64,000 nt of DNA from an uncultured delta proteobacterium (GTDB lineage Bacteria > Desulfobacterota > Syntrophia > Syntrophales > Smithellaceae). The stretch's first letter is position 1; every line of letters starts with the position of its first letter. Position numbers and translations under genes: made by a program. Positions 29,476 through 41,005 of this stretch are shown here, one piece after another. Below the pieces are notes generated by a model. It saw only the letters and a program-made list of their open reading frames with translations. It made no database searches and was not told where the DNA came from. The DNA is taken from positions 64,001 through 128,000 of the forward strand of contig CAVWEH010000004.1 in NCBI GenBank assembly GCA_963753975.1. The letters run 5' to 3'.

Positions 29476-30105
29476 TTACTTCGAACAAAGTTCTACAATA
29501 AGTTGTTCTTGCACCGGCATGGTTAAATCTTCCCTTACCGGCAACATTTTAATAGATGCCTTGAAGTTCTCTTTATCCAATTCCAGCCAATGAGGCACAC
29601 CGCGTCTGGCCACAGTTTCCATTGCTCCCATTATCCGCGTTATCTTACGGCTGCCTTCCTTAAGGCAAACTTCATCTCCTGCCTTAAGCAAATATGACGG
29701 GATATTAACCGCTTTACCGTTAACTAAAAAATGGCTGTGACTGATCAATTGCCTTGCTTCTACTCGGGAATTCGCCAATCCCATACGAAAAATCATATTA
29801 TCCAGTCTTCTTTCCAGAAACACTAGCAAATTTGTGCCCGTGATGCCTTTTTGCTGATCGGCCTTTTCAAAATAGCCTCGAAACTGCTTTTCTAAAAGCC
29901 CATACATTCTTTTGAGCTTTTGTTTTTCACGCAATTGAACGCCATAATCGGAATGCTGTTTTTTATGCGCCTGACCGTGATCTCCCGGAGCATATCCCCT
30001 TCTTTCAAAGGCGCATTTTTCCGAATAGCATCTATCGCCTTTAAGAAAAAGTTTCAATCCTTCACGGCGACATAACCTACATGAGGAATCTATATATCTT
30101 GCCAA
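29476..30105 (-). CDS. rpsD: 30S ribosomal protein S4
   Basis: CRLCRREG, QLREKQK and LERRLDN. Confidence 0.99.
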   Translation of the reverse strand: MARYIDSSCRLCRREGLKLFLKGDRCYSEKCAFERRGYAPGDHGQAHKKQHSDYGVQLREKQKLKRMYGLLEKQFRGYFEKADQQKGITGTNLLVFLERRLDNMIFRMGLANSRVEARQLISHSHFLVNGKAVNIPSYLLKAGDEVCLKEGSRKITRIMGAMETVARRGVPHWLELDKENFKASIKMLPVREDLTMPVQEQLIVELCSK

Positions 30106-30133
30106 AAAAGCCTCCCTGATTTTTAATTATTAA

Positions 30134-30526
30134 TTATACTCTACGACGCTTTGGCGGTCTGCATCCATTGTGCGGAACAGGTGTCACATCACGAATCACG
30201 GTGATGGTAAGACCGGCAAGCTGTAATGATCTCAATGCTGATTCCCGACCAGCTCCCGGACCCTTTATATATACTTGCACTTTACGCATTCCCTGTTCCT
30301 TCGCCTTGCGCACAGCATCTTCCGCCGCCATTTGTGCCGCGAAAGGAGTGCTCTTGCGCGATCCCTTAAATCCCTGCAGACCAGCCGATGACCACGCAAC
30401 TACATTGCCGCTCAAATCGGTAATTGTTACAATTGTATTATTAAAAGTGGATTGTATATGCGCAACCCCTTCTGTAATATTTTTCTTTTCCTTTTTCTTT
30501 CCTGTCTTTCTGACTGCCTTGACCAT
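30134..30526 (-). CDS. rpsK: 30S ribosomal protein S11
   Basis: [18 protein letters not shown] and [13 protein letters not shown]. Confidence 0.99.
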   Translation of the reverse strand: MVKAVRKTGKKKEKKNITEGVAHIQSTFNNTIVTITDLSGNVVAWSSAGLQGFKGSRKSTPFAAQMAAEDAVRKAKEQGMRKVQVYIKGPGAGRESALRSLQLAGLTITVIRDVTPVPHNGCRPPKRRRV

Positions 30527-30553
30527 TCCCCCCCCCCGGATCACAGAGTAAAA

Positions 30554-30922
30554 TTATTTTTTCTTGCCCGCGATAGAACGCCGCGGCCCTTTTCTGGTGC
30601 GGCTGTTCGTATGAGTTCTTTGTCCCCTTACAGGCAGACCCTTACGATGCCGCAAACCACGGTACGCACCAATATCCATCAATCTCTTAATAGACATAGA
30701 TATATCGCGTCTCAAGTCGCCCTCAACTTTATGATCTTTGTCGATTATGCTTCTAATTGCCGATATTTCCGAGTCGGCAAGTTCATCAGTTCGCGTGTCC
30801 GGACTTACACCGGCATCTTTTAAGATTTGTTTCGCCCTAGTCTGACCGATGCCGTAAATGTACGTTAAGGCAACTTCCATTCTCTTGTTTTTTGGTAAAT
30901 CAACACCTGAAATTCGTGCCAC
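30554..30922 (-). CDS. rpsM: 30S ribosomal protein S13
   Basis: ALTYIYGIG and GLPVRGQRT. Confidence 0.99.
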   Translation of the reverse strand: MARISGVDLPKNKRMEVALTYIYGIGQTRAKQILKDAGVSPDTRTDELADSEISAIRSIIDKDHKVEGDLRRDISMSIKRLMDIGAYRGLRHRKGLPVRGQRTHTNSRTRKGPRRSIAGKKK

Positions 30923-30946
30923 CTAATAACCTCCTGCCTTAAAAAA

Positions 30947-31060
30947 TTAGCCTTGACGCTGCTTATGCTTAGGGTTTTCGCAAATTACGCGTAAAACACC
31001 TTTTCGTTTGATGATCTTGCATTTCTCACATATTTTTTTCACCGACGATCTGACTTTCAC
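30947..31060 (-). CDS. rpmJ: 50S ribosomal protein L36 (missing from the ORF track)
   Basis: GTG start; [37 protein letters not shown]. Confidence 0.97.
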   Translation of the reverse strand: MKVRSSVKKICEKCKIIKRKGVLRVICENPKHKQRQG

Positions 31061-31095
31061 TTTTTTACTCCCTGTTCTCGATAAAAAATATTTTT

Positions 31096-31314
31096 TTACT
31101 TTGTCCTGTAAGTAATCCTGCCACGGGTTAAATCATAGGGTGAAAGCTCAACAGTCACTTTATCGCCAGGCAGTATCTTGATAAAATGCATGCGCATCTT
31201 ACCGGAAATATGAGCCAATACCTTATGCCCATTCTCCAGCTCTACGCGAAACATAGCATTGGGCAAGGGCTCAATCACCCGACCTTCAACTTCAATTGCT
31301 TCCTCTTTAGCCAT
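31096..31314 (-). CDS. infA: translation initiation factor IF-1
   Basis: [14 protein letters not shown] and [10 protein letters not shown]. Confidence 0.99.
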   Translation of the reverse strand: MAKEEAIEVEGRVIEPLPNAMFRVELENGHKVLAHISGKMRMHFIKILPGDKVTVELSPYDLTRGRITYRTK

Positions 31315-31370
31315 AATTTACTTTTCTATATTCGATTTTAAAAGCGTCAGCTATTTAATCAATCGAATGT

Positions 31371-32120
31371 TTAATTCAATTTACTTAAGATGTCGGGTCC
31401 GTTATCGGTAATTGCCACCGAGTGCTCAAAATGAGCTGATAACCCACCATCTTCGGTAACTACAGTCCAGTCGTCCGGCAAGACCTTTACCCTATAGTTT
31501 TTCTCGTTGACCATCGGCTCGAGAGCCAGGATCATGCCGCCTTTTAATTCAATTCCCCTGTCCTTCTTCCCGAAATTGGGAATTTGCGGGTCTTCGTGCA
31601 GATTTTTACCAACTCCATGACCAACATAATCTCGAACGACCGAGAAGCCGGCCGCTTCTACTGTCGCCTGCACGGCGGCAGAAATAGCGCCCAGCCTGTT
31701 ACCTTCCTTCGCTTGTTCTATACCTCTATATAAACTTTGTTCAGTGACCGCAATAAGCTTTGTCGCCTTCTCATTTATTTTACCAACGGGTAGTGTTATA
31801 GCTGCATCGCCAAAAAAACCTCGATAATAAACACCAAAATCAAGCCCGATAATATCGCCTTCTATCAATACCCGTTCGGAAGGCATTCCATGAACAACTA
31901 CTTCATTTATCGAAGTGCAAAGAGCGTGAGGGAAACCTCTGTAACCTTTAAAAGCCGGTTTTGCTCCCCTTCTGGCGGTAATTTCCTCAGCAAATTTATC
32001 CAAGTCCTTTGTTCTTACGCCGGGCTTGACTTTTTCTCTGAGCTTACTTAAAACCTCGGCAACAATACGATTACTTGCCCTTGCTTTTTCAATTTCTTCC
32101 GGAAGCTTCAGAATTATCAT
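31371..32120 (-). CDS. map: type I methionine aminopeptidase
   Basis: SINEVVVHG, GHGVG...HEDP and SAHFEHS. Confidence 0.97.
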   Translation of the reverse strand: MIILKLPEEIEKARASNRIVAEVLSKLREKVKPGVRTKDLDKFAEEITARRGAKPAFKGYRGFPHALCTSINEVVVHGMPSERVLIEGDIIGLDFGVYYRGFFGDAAITLPVGKINEKATKLIAVTEQSLYRGIEQAKEGNRLGAISAAVQATVEAAGFSVVRDYVGHGVGKNLHEDPQIPNFGKKDRGIELKGGMILALEPMVNEKNYRVKVLPDDWTVVTEDGGLSAHFEHSVAITDNGPDILSKLN

Positions 32121-32152
32121 TAGCTTAAATAATCCTTCGGAAAAAGCTTCCC

Positions 32153-33460
32153 CTATCTCCTGCGGGTAATATGTCCCTTTTTCATAAACCCTTCGTATTG
32201 CCGAGTCAGTAAATGTGACTCTATCTGGCCTGCCGTATCCATAGCCACGCCAACAACAATCAAAAGAGCGGTACCGCCAAAGTAAAAAGGTATATTAAAT
32301 TGACCAATTAAAATACTGGGCAATACACAGATTATGGAAACGTAAATAGCCCCGCTAAAAGTAAGCTTTTCCAAAATATCTTCTATGTATTCGGCAGTAT
32401 GCTTGCCGGGTCTGATCCCCGGAACGTAGCCGCCGAACTTTTTCATATTTTCCGCCACATCATCGGGCTTAAAAGTAACTGCCGTATAAAAAAAGCAAAA
32501 GAAAAAAATAAAAGCTACATATAATATTTCATAACCCAACGTGCCCGGCTTTAGATAACCGGCAACATCCTTTATCCATCCTTCCTGGGCAAAATTAGCG
32601 ATTGTTGCCGGAAACATGATGACCGAAGAAGCAAAAATCGGGGGAATGACCCCTGCCGAATTTACCTTCAAGGGTAAATGCGTAGTCTGGCCGCCATACA
32701 TTTTGCGTCCCACTATCCTTTTGGCGTATTGCACTGGAATACGACGCTGCCCACCTTCGACAAATACTATCGCACCCACTACTAAGATCATCATTATCGC
32801 TAGCAACAGCAATATCAATATTCCTAATTCACCGGCAGTCACCAGCCTGTATGTATTGCCAATAGCCGCCGGCATGCGGCAAACAATGCCGGCGAAAATT
32901 ATCAAAGATATGCCGTTGCCTATACCTTTTTCCGTTATCGTTTCGCCCAGCCACATAATAAATGCAGTTCCGGATGTCAAGGTAAGAACCGTCATAATGA
33001 TAAACGATAATCCCGGCTGTAAAACAATCGGCGCACCTGAAGGGCCCGCCATTTGTTGCAAGCCATAAGCAATGCCAAAGCCCTGTATCGTACTCAAAAT
33101 AACTGTGCCGTAACGAGTATATTGCGTAATTTTACGCCGTCCCGTTTCGCCTTCTTTCGAGAGTCTCTCTAAATGAGGCACAGCAACAGTTAATAACTGT
33201 AAAATAATGGAAGAACTGATATAGGGCATGATACCCAAGGCGAAAATCGAGAAATTACTAAAAGCGCCACCTGCAAACATGTCCATCAGGCCGAATAGAG
33301 AACCTTTAGCATGTTCGAAATAAGCGAGCAGCGCAACATTATCGATTCCCGGAGTCGGAATATAGACACCAATCCGATAAACAGCTAAAAGAAGGACGGT
33401 AAATAAAATCCTTCTTTGTAATTCCGGAATCTTGGATACGCTTCCCAGTCCTTCTAACAA
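32153..33460 (-). CDS. secY: protein translocase subunit SecY
   Basis: SIFALGIMPYISSSII, GIGNGISLIIF and PGIRPGK. Confidence 0.99.
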   Translation of the reverse strand: MLEGLGSVSKIPELQRRILFTVLLLAVYRIGVYIPTPGIDNVALLAYFEHAKGSLFGLMDMFAGGAFSNFSIFALGIMPYISSSIILQLLTVAVPHLERLSKEGETGRRKITQYTRYGTVILSTIQGFGIAYGLQQMAGPSGAPIVLQPGLSFIIMTVLTLTSGTAFIMWLGETITEKGIGNGISLIIFAGIVCRMPAAIGNTYRLVTAGELGILILLLLAIMMILVVGAIVFVEGGQRRIPVQYAKRIVGRKMYGGQTTHLPLKVNSAGVIPPIFASSVIMFPATIANFAQEGWIKDVAGYLKPGTLGYEILYVAFIFFFCFFYTAVTFKPDDVAENMKKFGGYVPGIRPGKHTAEYIEDILEKLTFSGAIYVSIICVLPSILIGQFNIPFYFGGTALLIVVGVAMDTAGQIESHLLTRQYEGFMKKGHITRRR

Positions 33461-33461
33461 A

Positions 33462-33908
33462 TTATATTACCTCTTCTATGGAACCGCCGGCAGCTGTTAT
33501 TTTTTCTCTTGCCGCCTGACTAACTTTGGCTACTTTTAAAATAATGGGAAAATCAATATTGCCTTTAGCCAAAATTTTTATGCCGTCTTCTTTTTTCTTC
33601 ACAATACCGCTAGCCAAAAGAGCCTCTTTATCAATGATGGCGCCTTTACTGAATTTACGACATAAATCGATTAGATTTACCGCAATAAATCTTTCGCGAA
33701 AGGGATTGCGGAAACCGCGCTTAGGTAATCTCCGGGAAAGCGGCATCTGCCCTCCTTCAAAACCGGCGCGCACCTTGCCGCCGGAACGAGCCTTTTGACC
33801 CTTATCGCCACGGCCTGCTGTTTTACCCTGCCCCGAAGCGTCACCACGGCCGACTCGTTTTCTTTTTTTCGTTGCCCCGGCCGGAGACTTAAGAGAACTC
33901 AAATTCAT
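33462..33908 (-). CDS. rplO: 50S ribosomal protein L15
   Basis: [18 protein letters not shown]. Confidence 0.99.
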   Translation of the reverse strand: MNLSSLKSPAGATKKRKRVGRGDASGQGKTAGRGDKGQKARSGGKVRAGFEGGQMPLSRRLPKRGFRNPFRERFIAVNLIDLCRKFSKGAIIDKEALLASGIVKKKEDGIKILAKGNIDFPIILKVAKVSQAAREKITAAGGSIEEVI

Positions 33909-33911
33909 AAC

Positions 33912-34100
33912 CTACCCCTTGGACTCTTCTACAGAAACTAAATGGGATACCTTATTTATCATACCGCGGGTCTCTTGAGTATCGGCTAAAATCACCGCGT
34001 CATTTAATCTTTTCAAACCCATGCCACGCAGTACTTTCCTTTGCTTTTCCGGACGGCCTATTTCACTTCCCACCATTTTAATCTTTAACATTTTGGCCAC
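33912..34100 (-). CDS. rpmD: 50S ribosomal protein L30
   Basis: [11 protein letters not shown]; spc operon position. Confidence 0.95.
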   Translation of the reverse strand: MAKMLKIKMVGSEIGRPEKQRKVLRGMGLKRLNDAVILADTQETRGMINKVSHLVSVEESKG

Positions 34101-34145
34101 TTTAGACTACTCCAATAAGTATCATTAATATGATCATTAATAAAA

Positions 34146-34625
34146 TTACTTCCCTCTCTGGGCGGCAATATCCGCCGGGTCTTTTAACTGACAAAGACCT
34201 TCCAGAGTGGCTTTCACTAGATTGTGTGGATTATGGGAACCGAGACATTTTGTTAAGATATTGCTAACGCCGGCAACCTCCAATACTGCTCTGACGGCGC
34301 CTCCGGCAATAAGACCTGTTCCTTCCGATGCGGGTTTTAACAATACCTTCCCCGCGCCATAACTGCCTATTACTTCGTAAGGGATCGTTCTATTGGTAAT
34401 GGCGACCTTCACCATGGTTTTTTTTGCCATATCCATGCCCTTGCGGATAGCTTCCGGCACTTCGTGCGCTTTGCCCAAACCAGCTCCAATCGTTCCCTTA
34501 CCGTCACCGACGACAACGATGGCGCTAAACCTAAACCTCCTGCCTCCCTTGACCACCTTTGCCGTCCGGTTAATGGTAATAACCCGGTCCAGGAGTTCCA
34601 CATCTTTCATTTCTTTTTTATCCAA
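34146..34625 (-). CDS. rpsE: 30S ribosomal protein S5
   Basis: [13 protein letters not shown] and GTGLIAGG. Confidence 0.99.
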   Translation of the reverse strand: MDKKEMKDVELLDRVITINRTAKVVKGGRRFRFSAIVVVGDGKGTIGAGLGKAHEVPEAIRKGMDMAKKTMVKVAITNRTIPYEVIGSYGAGKVLLKPASEGTGLIAGGAVRAVLEVAGVSNILTKCLGSHNPHNLVKATLEGLCQLKDPADIAAQRGK

Positions 34626-34668
34626 CGGATTCTTCCCTTATCATAAGTATTATAGTAAAAAACAAAAA

Positions 34669-35034
34669 TTAAAATTTAAGACCGTTTTGCCGTGCCGCAT
34701 CGGCCAACGCTTTAACGCGACCATGATACAGAAACCTGCCTCGATCAAAAACGACTTTATTTACTCCCATTGACAGCAGACGCTCGGCAATTAATTTCCC
34801 TACTTCCGTCGCCGCATCTACTTTTTTCTTTCCCTTGATTTTCTCGGATAAATCCTTGCTCAAAGTTGAAGCTATGGCTAATGTCGCCGATTGAGTATCA
34901 TTAATGGCTTGCACATAAATATGTCTATCACTACGGAATACGGAAAGACGAGGCCGCTCCTTTGTTCCGATGATTTTGCCTCTTACTCTTTTTTCTCTTC
35001 TTGTTCTAATTTTTAATGTTTTTTTGGAAGCCAA
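34669..35034 (-). CDS. rplR: 50S ribosomal protein L18
   Basis: RPRLSVFRS and [14 protein letters not shown]. Confidence 0.99.
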   Translation of the reverse strand: MASKKTLKIRTRREKRVRGKIIGTKERPRLSVFRSDRHIYVQAINDTQSATLAIASTLSKDLSEKIKGKKKVDAATEVGKLIAERLLSMGVNKVVFDRGRFLYHGRVKALADAARQNGLKF

Positions 35035-35083
35035 TCTTCTACCTCATTTAACGGCTAAATAAAATTTCGTATGTTTAATTAGA

Positions 35084-35623
35084 TCAGGCGCTCACCGACT
35101 TGCCGGCCTTGCGCTTGATGTACTCACCAACATACTTGATACCCTTGCCTTTATAAGGCTCTGGCTTTTTCAATGCTCGGATTTCCGCTGCCACGCGGCC
35201 AACCAGTTGCTTATCAATACCGGAAATCGAAATATTTATTTGTTTATCCACCTTAACCTCAATTCCTTTGGGAATATTGTACTGTGTCGGACTGGAAAAC
35301 CCCAGAATCAACTTCAGGTTGCTTCCACTCACTTCGGCGCGATAGCCGACTCCCGATATTTCCAATCTTTTTTCGAAACCGTTGCTCACCCCATTTACCA
35401 TGTTGCCGATTAGTGATCTGGCTAAACCATGATAAGACCGGACAAGACGTTCGTCCGATTTTCTGGCGATAACCAAACTGCCGTCCGCAATGGCCATAGT
35501 TATCCCCTCGGGTAATTTCGACGATAATGCTCCTTTGGGTCCTTCCACTTTTACAATACCGTCACTTTGGCTGATTTTAACATTTTTCGGAAAAGTGATC
35601 GGCTTTTTACCTATTCTCGACAT
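35084..35623 (-). CDS. rplF: 50S ribosomal protein L6
   Basis: MSRIGKKPI and PEPYKGKGI. Confidence 0.99.
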   Translation of the reverse strand: MSRIGKKPITFPKNVKISQSDGIVKVEGPKGALSSKLPEGITMAIADGSLVIARKSDERLVRSYHGLARSLIGNMVNGVSNGFEKRLEISGVGYRAEVSGSNLKLILGFSSPTQYNIPKGIEVKVDKQINISISGIDKQLVGRVAAEIRALKKPEPYKGKGIKYVGEYIKRKAGKSVSA

Positions 35624-35658
35624 TAACAAGCTCTCCCGCTGAACATCATTTGTTCCAA

Positions 35659-36060
35659 TTACCAAACTTTACAAAGAATTTCTCCGCCGACATTCAACTC
35701 CCTGGCTTCCTGATCAGTAATAACGCCGTGGGAAGTGGAAAGAACAGAGATACCAAAACCGTTCAAAACTTTAGGAATACTATCGGAGGCCACATAAACT
35801 CTGCGTCCCGGTTTGCTCACCCTTTTAATATCTGTAATAACGGCACGCTTGGTATCGGGGTATTTCAACATTATTTTTAACATCTGCTGGCCTTTTTCAT
35901 CTTTTACATTATCGTAGCTATTGATATATCCAGCCTTTTTCAATACTTTAGCAATATTGATATTCATCTGAGACGCATAAACGTTGACACTCTTAAACCG
36001 CGCCTTATTCGCATTTCTGATTCTCGTCAGCATATCGGCAATAGGATCGGTCATCCCCAT
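35659..36060 (-). CDS. rpsH: 30S ribosomal protein S8
   Basis: DPIADMLTRIRNA and SKPGRRVY. Confidence 0.99.
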   Translation of the reverse strand: MGMTDPIADMLTRIRNANKARFKSVNVYASQMNINIAKVLKKAGYINSYDNVKDEKGQQMLKIMLKYPDTKRAVITDIKRVSKPGRRVYVASDSIPKVLNGFGISVLSTSHGVITDQEARELNVGGEILCKVW

Positions 36061-36082
36061 GCTTTTTCTCCTTAATTCAAAT

Positions 36083-36268
36083 TCACCAACTCGATTTTAT
36101 TACGCCCGGAAGCTCTCCCTGTAAGGAAAGTTTCCGCAAACAAATTCTGCACATATCAAATTTTCTATAATACGCGCGCGGCCGGCCGCATAGCGGGCAG
36201 CGGTTATATTCTCTTACCGAAAATTTCATTTTTCTTTTCGCTTTCGCAATTAATGACTTCTTGGCCAC
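36083..36268 (-). CDS. rpsN: 30S ribosomal protein S14, zinc-binding type Z
   Basis: RCPLCGRPR...CRIC; 61 aa. Confidence 0.98.
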   Translation of the reverse strand: MAKKSLIAKAKRKMKFSVREYNRCPLCGRPRAYYRKFDMCRICLRKLSLQGELPGVIKSSW

Positions 36269-36294
36269 GCTAAATCCCTCCGGAGATTCCTCTT

Positions 36295-36834
36295 CTAATT
36301 CTTAAAAGGCACACCCATCAGTTTCAATAAAATCCTCGCCTCTTCATCAGTTTTCGCAGTAGTCACGATTGTGATGTTCATTCCTTTGATTTTTTCCACC
36401 TTATCGTATTCAATTTCCGGGAATATTATTTGTTCCTGCAAACCGATAGAAAAATTTCCCCTGCCGTCAAACGCATTAGGCGATATACCGCGAAAATCTC
36501 TTACCTTAGGTAAGGCAACATTTACCAAACGGTCAAAAAACTCATACATGATTTCTTTTCTTAAGGTAACCGAGCAGCCGATCGGCATTCCCTGTCTTAA
36601 TTTAAAGGTAGCTATGGATTTCTTGGCCTTAGTTACTACAGGTTTTTGTCCGGTAATCATAGCCATTTCTTGCACGGCACCATCAATAATTTTTGCGTTT
36701 TGAGTCGCTTCGCCCAGACCCATGTTAATGACAATTTTTTCCATCTTGGGCACTTGCATTGGATTTTTGTAATTAAATTCCTCAATCAGGGCCGGAACTA
36801 CTTTTTTTAAATAATAATCTTTTAATCTTGCCAT
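36295..36834 (-). CDS. rplE: 50S ribosomal protein L5
   Basis: ITGQKP and FDGRGNF. Confidence 0.99.
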   Translation of the reverse strand: MARLKDYYLKKVVPALIEEFNYKNPMQVPKMEKIVINMGLGEATQNAKIIDGAVQEMAMITGQKPVVTKAKKSIATFKLRQGMPIGCSVTLRKEIMYEFFDRLVNVALPKVRDFRGISPNAFDGRGNFSIGLQEQIIFPEIEYDKVEKIKGMNITIVTTAKTDEEARILLKLMGVPFKN

Positions 36835-36840
36835 TTTCCC

Positions 36841-37164
36841 TTAACCTACGCTGATTACGTCATTACATTTGCTGCAAATGCGTACCTTCTTCCCATCTTC
36901 GAGCAACTTATTTCTCACTCTAACGGCAGTGTTGCATTTATTGCATAATAAACCGACTTTAGAGATATGGATTGAGCTTTCTTTTTCCACGACACCGCCC
37001 TTGGTTTTCTGATCTGGTCTTTTATGTTTTTTGATAAGATTAATTTTTTCTATGATTATTCTTTCCTTAGCGGGTATAGTCTTCAGTATTTTGCCGGTTT
37101 TCCCCTTATCTTTACCGGTAAGAACTTTAACCATATCGCCCTTTTTAAATTTATTTAACCCCAT
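36841..37164 (-). CDS. rplX: 50S ribosomal protein L24
   Basis: KGDMVKVLTGKDKGKTG (KOW motif). Confidence 0.98.
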   Translation of the reverse strand: MGLNKFKKGDMVKVLTGKDKGKTGKILKTIPAKERIIIEKINLIKKHKRPDQKTKGGVVEKESSIHISKVGLLCNKCNTAVRVRNKLLEDGKKVRICSKCNDVISVG

Positions 37165-37183
37165 TTTTTCCCTCGTCTTACTC

Positions 37184-37552
37184 TTACAAAACCTCTGGCG
37201 CCAGAGATATAATTTTCATGAACTGTTTCGCTCTCAACTCACGGGCAACCGGACCGAAAATCCTCGTTCCCACAGGCTCCAGTTGGTTGGAAATCAAAAC
37301 AGCGGAATTATCGTCAAATTTCAGATACGAGCCGTCCGACCTTTTTACTTCCTTCACTGTACGCACAATGACTGCCTTCATCACGTCGCCTTTTTTTACC
37401 TTGGAGTTGGGAATCGATTCTTTTACCGAGACGACAATTACATCGCCCAAACTGGCATAGCGACGCTTCGATCCACCAAGCACCTTAATGCAGGCAACCT
37501 TCTTCGCACCGGAATTATCCGCAACATTCAATATGGTTTGCATCTGAATCAT
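37184..37552 (-). CDS. rplN: 50S ribosomal protein L14
   Basis: [17 protein letters not shown] and [12 protein letters not shown]. Confidence 0.99.
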   Translation of the reverse strand: MIQMQTILNVADNSGAKKVACIKVLGGSKRRYASLGDVIVVSVKESIPNSKVKKGDVMKAVIVRTVKEVKRSDGSYLKFDDNSAVLISNQLEPVGTRIFGPVARELRAKQFMKIISLAPEVL

Positions 37553-37571
37553 AAAAAAACTCCATCCAACC

Positions 37572-37829
37572 CTATTTCGCCCGCTCCATAATTTCCAGCA
37601 TGCGCCATCGCTTTTCTTCGCTGAGCGGCCGCGCCTCAATAATCAGTACGGTATCACCGACCTTACACTGGTTTTGCTCATCATGGGCTTTGTATTTCAT
37701 ATGTCGGCGCACATATTTGTGAAAAACGGAATGCTTTACCAAACGTTCGGCTTTTACTACGATGGTCTTATCCATCTTGTTGCTTATTACTACGCCCTTA
37801 ATCGTGCGCTTATTCCCATGCTCACCCAT
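37572..37829 (-). CDS. rpsQ: 30S ribosomal protein S17
   Basis: KMDKTIVV and KYKAHDE. Confidence 0.98.
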   Translation of the reverse strand: MGEHGNKRTIKGVVISNKMDKTIVVKAERLVKHSVFHKYVRRHMKYKAHDEQNQCKVGDTVLIIEARPLSEEKRWRMLEIMERAK

Positions 37830-37830
37830 G

Positions 37831-38025
37831 TTAACTTGCAGCCTCCTTTGTTTTCAGTACCGTTTTAATGCGAGCTATGTCCTTACGGATTTTTCCGAGC
37901 ATTGCCGTCGATTCCAATTGGTCTGACGCATGACGAATTCGCAGCCGAAAAAGTTCTTCCACCAATTCACTATTTTTTTGTTTGAGTTCTTCAATTCCCA
38001 GATCTCTGATTTCCTTAAATTTCAT
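37831..38025 (-). CDS. rpmC: 50S ribosomal protein L29
   Basis: ELFRLR and RKDIARIKT. Confidence 0.97.
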   Translation of the reverse strand: MKFKEIRDLGIEELKQKNSELVEELFRLRIRHASDQLESTAMLGKIRKDIARIKTVLKTKEAAS

Positions 38026-38437
38026 CAGATATCTCCCTCGCTAAAAACTTTGTAGGGATAGGCAGCTTATGCGCTGCCAGGCGAAATGCTTCTTTAGCCA
38101 CTTCCCTGGTTACGCCTTCCATCTCATAGAGGACAGAGCCCGGTTTAACTACGGCTACCCATCCTTCAGGCGCGCCTTTTCCTTTGCCCATGCGCGTTTC
38201 GGCCGGCTTCTTGGTGACCGGCTTATGAGGATAAACCCTGATCCAAATCTTGCCGCCGCGTTTCACATGACGAGTCATTGCGATACGTGCTGCTTCAATT
38301 TGTCTGGCAGTAATCCAGCCGCATTCTGCCGCTAGCAATCCGTAATCGCCAAAAGCAATCGAACTGCCCCTTGTTGCCTTGCCTCCCATGCGGCCTTTTT
38401 GCATCTTTCTATATTTTACCCTCTTCGGCATTAACAT
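38015..38437 (-). CDS. rplP: 50S ribosomal protein L16
   Basis: QIEAARIA and ETRMGKGKG. Confidence 0.99.
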   Translation of the reverse strand: MLMPKRVKYRKMQKGRMGGKATRGSSIAFGDYGLLAAECGWITARQIEAARIAMTRHVKRGGKIWIRVYPHKPVTKKPAETRMGKGKGAPEGWVAVVKPGSVLYEMEGVTREVAKEAFRLAAHKLPIPTKFLAREISDEI

Positions 38438-38509
38438 AATCTAAAACTCCGATACCCTTACAACTATTTTTTATTCGATATATGCCGGATAAATAATCCG
38501 GTAAGATAC

Positions 38510-39154
38510 TTATTGTTTTTCGTTCTTCGACGGCAATACTTCTCCATGGAAAATTAACACTTTAACCCCGATCAAACCGTAGGCCGTATGGGCTTCAATA
38601 AAACCATAATCAATGTCGGCACGCAGAGTGTGCAGGGGCACTCGACCTTCCCTATACCATTCGGATCGCGACATTTCCGCACCGCCGAGTCTTCCGGAAC
38701 ATTGAATCTTAATTCCCTTTGCCCCAAATTTCAGGGCATAGCCAACGCATTTTTTCATAGCTCGACGAAAGGCCACTCTTCTTTCCAATTGCATGGCAAC
38801 ATTTTCGGCAACTAATTGGGCATCCACTTCCGGTTTACGCACTTCTAAAATATTTATTATAATTTCTGACTCAGTAAATTTTTCCGTATCGGCTTTCAGC
38901 TTCTCGATTTCCGAACCTTTTTTACCTATAATCACACCGGGCCTAGCCGAGTAAATATTTACCTTAGCCTTATTAGCTGCGCGTTCAATTTCGATTTTGG
39001 AAATACCGGCATGATAAAGCTTCTTCTTGAGGTATTTTCTAATTTGTACATCCTCATGTAACATTTCACTGTAATTCTTATCGGCAAACCAAACTGATTG
39101 CCATTTTTTAATATAGCCTAATCGTAATCCTACCGGGTTAACCTTCTGACCCAA
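38510..39154 (-). CDS. rpsC: 30S ribosomal protein S3
   Basis: [13 protein letters not shown] and [14 protein letters not shown]. Confidence 0.99.
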   Translation of the reverse strand: MGQKVNPVGLRLGYIKKWQSVWFADKNYSEMLHEDVQIRKYLKKKLYHAGISKIEIERAANKAKVNIYSARPGVIIGKKGSEIEKLKADTEKFTESEIIINILEVRKPEVDAQLVAENVAMQLERRVAFRRAMKKCVGYALKFGAKGIKIQCSGRLGGAEMSRSEWYREGRVPLHTLRADIDYGFIEAHTAYGLIGVKVLIFHGEVLPSKNEKQ

Positions 39155-39166
39155 TATCGTACCTCC

Positions 39167-39499
39167 TTACATTTCATCCAAGACAACTGTAATATGTGTA
39201 GTTCTTTTCTTAATTCCTGCCGCTCTTCCCTGAGCTCTTGCCCGCCAACGCTTTAATGCCGGTCCCTGATCAACAAATATTTCTTTCACATAAAGAATAT
39301 TTTCATCAATATTAGGATTCTGGGTGGCATTGGCCAGAGCTGATTTAAGAACCTTAGCCACAATACCTGCCGCATACTTTCTGGTGTAAAGAAGGATATT
39401 CTTGGCTTCCTGCACCTTCTTTCCCCTTACCAAATCAACCACCAGCATGACTTTCTGCGGCGACATCCTTATATATTTTGCAACTGCTTTTGCTTCCAT
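39167..39499 (-). CDS. rplV: 50S ribosomal protein L22
   Basis: RMSPQK, RAQGRA and HITVV. Confidence 0.98.
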   Translation of the reverse strand: MEAKAVAKYIRMSPQKVMLVVDLVRGKKVQEAKNILLYTRKYAAGIVAKVLKSALANATQNPNIDENILYVKEIFVDQGPALKRWRARAQGRAAGIKKRTTHITVVLDEM

Positions 39500-39539
39500 G
39501 TTAAATCAACTCCAAACTTATCCAGCCCAGCTCAAACAA

Positions 39540-39866
39540 CTAAGTAGTAGTAGTGGTTGTTGCAGCAGCGGCTGTGGTACCGGTGGTGGTACGGACTTTT
39601 GTTTTTCGGTCACCGGAATGCGAATAAAAAGTCCTCGTCGGTGCAAACTCTCCGAGCTTATGCCCTACCATATTCTCAGTCACATACACGGGAATAAACT
39701 TTTTCCCATTATGGACGGCGAACGTGTAACCAATGAGTTCCGGCGTTATCGTTGAGCGCCGCGACCAAGTCTTAATGATATTCTTGCTGCCTTCGGTCTC
39801 CATTTTCCTGACTCTCGCGAGCAGCCTTTCTTCAATATATGGACCTTTCTTGATCGAACGTGCCAC
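39540..39866 (-). CDS. rpsS: 30S ribosomal protein S19 with Thr/Ala-rich C-terminal tail
   Basis: KTWSRRSTI and [13 protein letters not shown]. Confidence 0.98.
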   Translation of the reverse strand: MARSIKKGPYIEERLLARVRKMETEGSKNIIKTWSRRSTITPELIGYTFAVHNGKKFIPVYVTENMVGHKLGEFAPTRTFYSHSGDRKTKVRTTTGTTAAAATTTTTT

Positions 39867-39872
39867 GTTTTC

Positions 39873-40694
39873 TTAATCCCTTCTCTTCACAATATATTTA
39901 TCGGTTCTCTTATTTTTCCGCGTTTTGTGACCTTTTGTCGGTATGCCCCAAGGTGTACAGGGATGCCGGCCACCGGAAGATTTACCTTCGCCACCACCCA
40001 TCGGATGGTCAACCGGATTCATCACAACGCCGCGAACATGAGGCCTTTTACCGAGCCAGCGGCTACGACCGGCTTTGCCAATACTGATGTTTTCGTGTTC
40101 ATTATTGCCAACTTGCCCGATAGTTGCCATACACTCAATAAATACTTTGCGTACTTCACCTGACGGAAGCCTTACCTGAGCGTAACTGCCCTCTTTCGCC
40201 ATTAACTGTCCATAGGCTCCGGCCGAACGTATTAACTGTCCGCCACGGCCGACTTTCAACTCCACGTTATGAATTAATGAGCCCAAAGGAATATATCTTA
40301 AAGGAACGGCATTCCCGGGTTTAATATCCGCCTTCTCACCACTGATTATAGTATCTCCGACATTGACCTGCGCAGGTGCGACAATATATCTTTTTTCACC
40401 GTCGCGATAATTGACGAGCGCTATTCTGGCTGTCCTGTTCGGATCATACTCGATGGCGGCGACTTTTGCCGGGATATCGGTTTTACTGCGGCAAAAATCT
40501 ATGATGCGATATTTTCTTTTATGACCGCCGCCGATATGGCGCATTGTAATCCTTCCATAACTATTGCGCCCACCCGTTTTCTTCAGCGGCTGCACAAGTC
40601 TTTTCACCGGCTCGGCGGAAGTAATTTCCGCGAAATCGGCGACGCTCTGAAATCTTCTTCCTGCCGATGTCGGCTTGTATTTAATAATTCCCAT
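39873..40694 (-). CDS. rplB: 50S ribosomal protein L2
   Basis: IEYDPNR and [13 protein letters not shown]. Confidence 0.99.
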   Translation of the reverse strand: MGIIKYKPTSAGRRFQSVADFAEITSAEPVKRLVQPLKKTGGRNSYGRITMRHIGGGHKRKYRIIDFCRSKTDIPAKVAAIEYDPNRTARIALVNYRDGEKRYIVAPAQVNVGDTIISGEKADIKPGNAVPLRYIPLGSLIHNVELKVGRGGQLIRSAGAYGQLMAKEGSYAQVRLPSGEVRKVFIECMATIGQVGNNEHENISIGKAGRSRWLGKRPHVRGVVMNPVDHPMGGGEGKSSGGRHPCTPWGIPTKGHKTRKNKRTDKYIVKRRD

Positions 40695-40717
40695 TTGCTA
40701 ATCCTTAAACCCTTATT

Positions 40718-41005
40718 CTATGCGCCTTCGGAAATTTCAATGCGATTACCGGCAACCAACGTCACGATTGCTTTCTTCCAGGAACTCTTTTGTCCGATCA
40801 CCCGGCCCAGTCTTTTCTTTTTTCCTAAGACGTGCATGATACGGATATCAGCAACCTTGACTTTAAAAAGCTTTTCCACCGCTGCGCTTATTTCTATTTT
40901 ATTTGCCCTACGATCAACCTCAAAAAAATATTTATTCTCTTTATCCCGCGCTACGGTGCTCTTTTCTGTAATTAACATTTTTTTAATAATCTGATGTACT
41001 TCCAT
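40718..41005 (-). CDS. rplW: 50S ribosomal protein L23
   Basis: ITEKS, ANKIEI and WKKAIVTL. Confidence 0.98.
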   Translation of the reverse strand: MEVHQIIKKMLITEKSTVARDKENKYFFEVDRRANKIEISAAVEKLFKVKVADIRIMHVLGKKKRLGRVIGQKSSWKKAIVTLVAGNRIEISEGA

